DNA from: a virus
Lineage: Duplodnaviria > Heunggongvirae > Uroviricota > Caudoviricetes
Direction: 5' to 3' (one strand)
Length of the DNA: 64,000 nt
IMG/VR virus record: IMGVR_UViG_3300042934_000563
Positions 62,591 to 64,000 of the stretch are shown in pieces. Numbering within the stretch: the stretch's first letter is position 1; each line of letters starts with the position of its first letter. The notes under the pieces were generated by a model. It searched no databases, was not told where the DNA came from, and was given only the letters and a program-made list of their open reading frames with translations. The translations under genes were made by a program, and so were the position numbers.

Positions 62591-62846
62591 ACGCTGCGCC
62601 CTCGGGCGGAGTCTCCAGGATCTCGATCAGCTGGAGGCCAATTCCAGCCTCTGTGGTGCCCTGTAGGGCCCGTGCGTACTCGAACAGTGTCGCCCTGGAC
62701 TGTATGAGGAGCTGGACAGCTGCCAGCATCCCAGCGACATCCTCGGTCCGAAGCGATACCCGAGGTTCATCCTCTAAATGCGCCTCCAGCACAGCACCCT
62801 GCACGCGCTCCAGCAGTACGACGATGGGGTTGATGGGTTCAGTCAT
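62589..62846 (-). CDS. hypothetical small protein
   Basis: About 85-aa ORF (MTEPINPIVVLLERVQGAVLEAHLEDE...). A GTG at 62852 could be an alternative start. Confidence 0.4.
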   Translation of the reverse strand: MTEPINPIVVLLERVQGAVLEAHLEDEPRVSLRTEDVAGMLAAVQLLIQSRATLFEYARALQGTTEAGIGLQLIEILETPPEGAA

Positions 62847-62852
62847 AGGCAC

Positions 62853-63060
62853 ACACTATGCGAACCATGCACGCACACCATGCACACCATGCACTGCACA
62901 CATGGACAGCTATGCACATACGCATACACATGCACACATACACACAGTACATACATGCTGGTAGACCATGGTATTGCTATGTGTATGTGTATGTGGGTAC
63001 ACACATACACACATGGGTATGTACCACACTATGTAGTACCTATGTAGTAGGGCCTGTAGT
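62853..63060. repeat. CA/TG-rich alternating purine-pyrimidine tract with reiterated CATGCAC(A) heptamers and TATGTGTATGTG / GGTACACACATAC palindromic segments
   Basis: Seen directly. Non-coding, and compositionally very different from the rest of the window. Confidence 0.6.
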
Positions 63061-63500
63061 AGGGGCCCTATATAGGCCCTATGTGGAGGGCCCTATATGC
63101 GACTTCTCCATAAGGCCCATATAGAAGGCCCTATATAGGCCCTTTCTGGGCAATTCGATATATGCGATTTCCCTATTAGAGCCTCCAGGAGGGCCCATAT
63201 AGCGAAACGCGCATATGGGGATCCTTAGCATAGGCAACTTTTCTACCAGGGCTTATTAGGGAACCCTTATCCAGCTTTACATAATGGGTATTATCGGCAA
63301 AGTTTGTATATCCGCAGGTCACAGCGTTTTCGATTTCTTTGTACCACGGTACAAACCCTAATACGGTTGGTACAAAGGATTTGGGCGGATCCGGCCAACC
63401 GAGCAGGGCCAGCCGGACCCTTTCAAACAACCCACGGCGCAGGAAACGCCAATTCCCAGACATCCCTCGGGGGAGACGAAAGGCCCATATGGGGCCCTCC
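63053..63500. repeat. at least 7 copies of the palindromic motif GGCCC(T/A)TATA(G/T)GGCCC, plus TTTGTACC-acg-GGTACAAA and TTGGTACAAA sites
   Basis: GGGGCCCTATATAGGCCC (63063), GGCCCTATATG (63088), GGCCCATATAG (63113), GGCCCTATATAGGCCC (63124), GGCCCATATAG (63188), GGCCCATATGGGGCC (63480). Lower-GC stretch 63240-63340. Confidence 0.6.
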
Positions 63501-63736
63501 AGAGGATCATTGTGTGATTCTCGATGTTGGACCGCCCACGATACGCCAAAACGCCCTCCAGGGCACTGGGAGCGACTTATCGCGGTCGATGAGGGGACCG
63601 ACTAACGGCGACGAACAGTGTGAGCCCCTGGAGGGCGCAACCGTGTGGAATCGGTGCTGAGGCGAGACACACGGCAGATCGGAGCATACAGGCCGATATA
63701 TGCAAATTGTCCACCGGGGTCACAAAGTCGATTCTT

Positions 63737-63753
63737 GCGCTAACTAACGACTC
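63737..63753 (+). promoter_or_regulatory. copy of TTGCGCTAA-N5-GAC motif (TTGCGCTAACTAACGAC) on the plus strand near the window end
   Basis: Flanked by direct repeats GGGGTCACAA(A)GT (63714, 63850) and a GACCGAA-gattg-TTCGGTC hairpin (63824..63842). No ORF is visible downstream within the window. Confidence 0.35.
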
Positions 63754-64000
63754 TGTGGAGGCCCACCGAACAAAATTCGGCTAAATGCTTGGGAATCAGG
63801 ACAACTAGCGGCAGATAAGGGCTGGACCGAAGATTGTTCGGTCGTAGAGGGGTCACAAGTTTGTGTTGTGGCTACACTTCGTTGACAACGCAGGCACACG
63901 CGCGCGAGGGAAAAACGCAACGCGGCTTGCCTAGAGGGCCCATTAGAGCCCCCTAGGAGCCATTTTCAGCCTGTTAGAACTCCCAGTCATCATCCTCGGT

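Noticed and set aside
63176-63660. ORFs 63176..63463 (-), 63304..63660 (+), 63339..63605 (+) in the right-end repeat region
   Set aside because: They overlap the palindrome and repeat-rich, lower-GC stretch. Composition and codon usage are atypical, the translations are low-complexity and there is no RBS. The region is more plausibly non-coding regulatory or origin DNA.
1-64000. Integrase/attP, immunity repressor-integrase cassette, endolysin, DNA polymerase
   Set aside because: I found no tyrosine or serine recombinase motifs, no amidase/glycosidase endolysin and no polymerase/helicase Walker motifs in any long ORF. These functions may lie outside the window.

Overview
The window reads as most of a high-GC actinobacteriophage (siphovirus-type) genome or prophage, with no flanking host genes seen. 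The GC level is judged by eye (roughly mid-60s %), not computed.

Layout, left to right:
- 1–28.8 kb, minus strand: one long virion-structure operon read leftward. It starts at the large terminase subunit, with no obvious small terminase subunit upstream of it, and runs through a MuF-like head morphogenesis protein, the portal, a 1773-aa charged giant protein, capsid protease/scaffold candidates, a major capsid protein with a fused N-terminal scaffold-like domain, head–tail/tail proteins, tail assembly chaperones with a -1 frameshift, a 1847-aa tape measure protein and minor tail proteins at the left edge.
- 8.6–10.8 kb: this operon is interrupted by a small plus-strand island encoding an SGNH/GDSL hydrolase with tail-fiber-like architecture.
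- 28.8–32.8 kb, plus strand: a short block of small genes, a tRNA-Lys(UUU), a lipoprotein and small membrane proteins, ending at a bidirectional terminator.
- 32.8–62.5 kb, minus strand: tail-fiber genes at the proximal end, then non-structural genes (double-HTH protein, 637-aa Cys/His protein, ThyX, a secreted cutinase-like esterase, a HAD phosphatase, an XRE-type HTH protein, an HNH–HIT fusion).
- 53.2–62.4 kb: the most striking feature, a roughly 9.2-kb tandem array of about 45–50 small (about 55–75 aa), translationally coupled paralogous ORFs. Each carries a near-C-terminal R-H-P-H-(I/L/M) motif. I do not recognise this as a described system.
- 62.5–64.0 kb: lower-GC non-coding DNA full of palindromes, direct repeats and a CA/TG alternating tract, a candidate origin or partition locus.

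A 17-bp motif TTGCGCTAA-N5-GAC recurs at least 10 times, always oriented toward the gene downstream, and looks like a promoter/operator consensus. No integrase, endolysin or DNA polymerase is visible; they may lie outside the window. All functional calls come from motif and position reading only, with no searches run.
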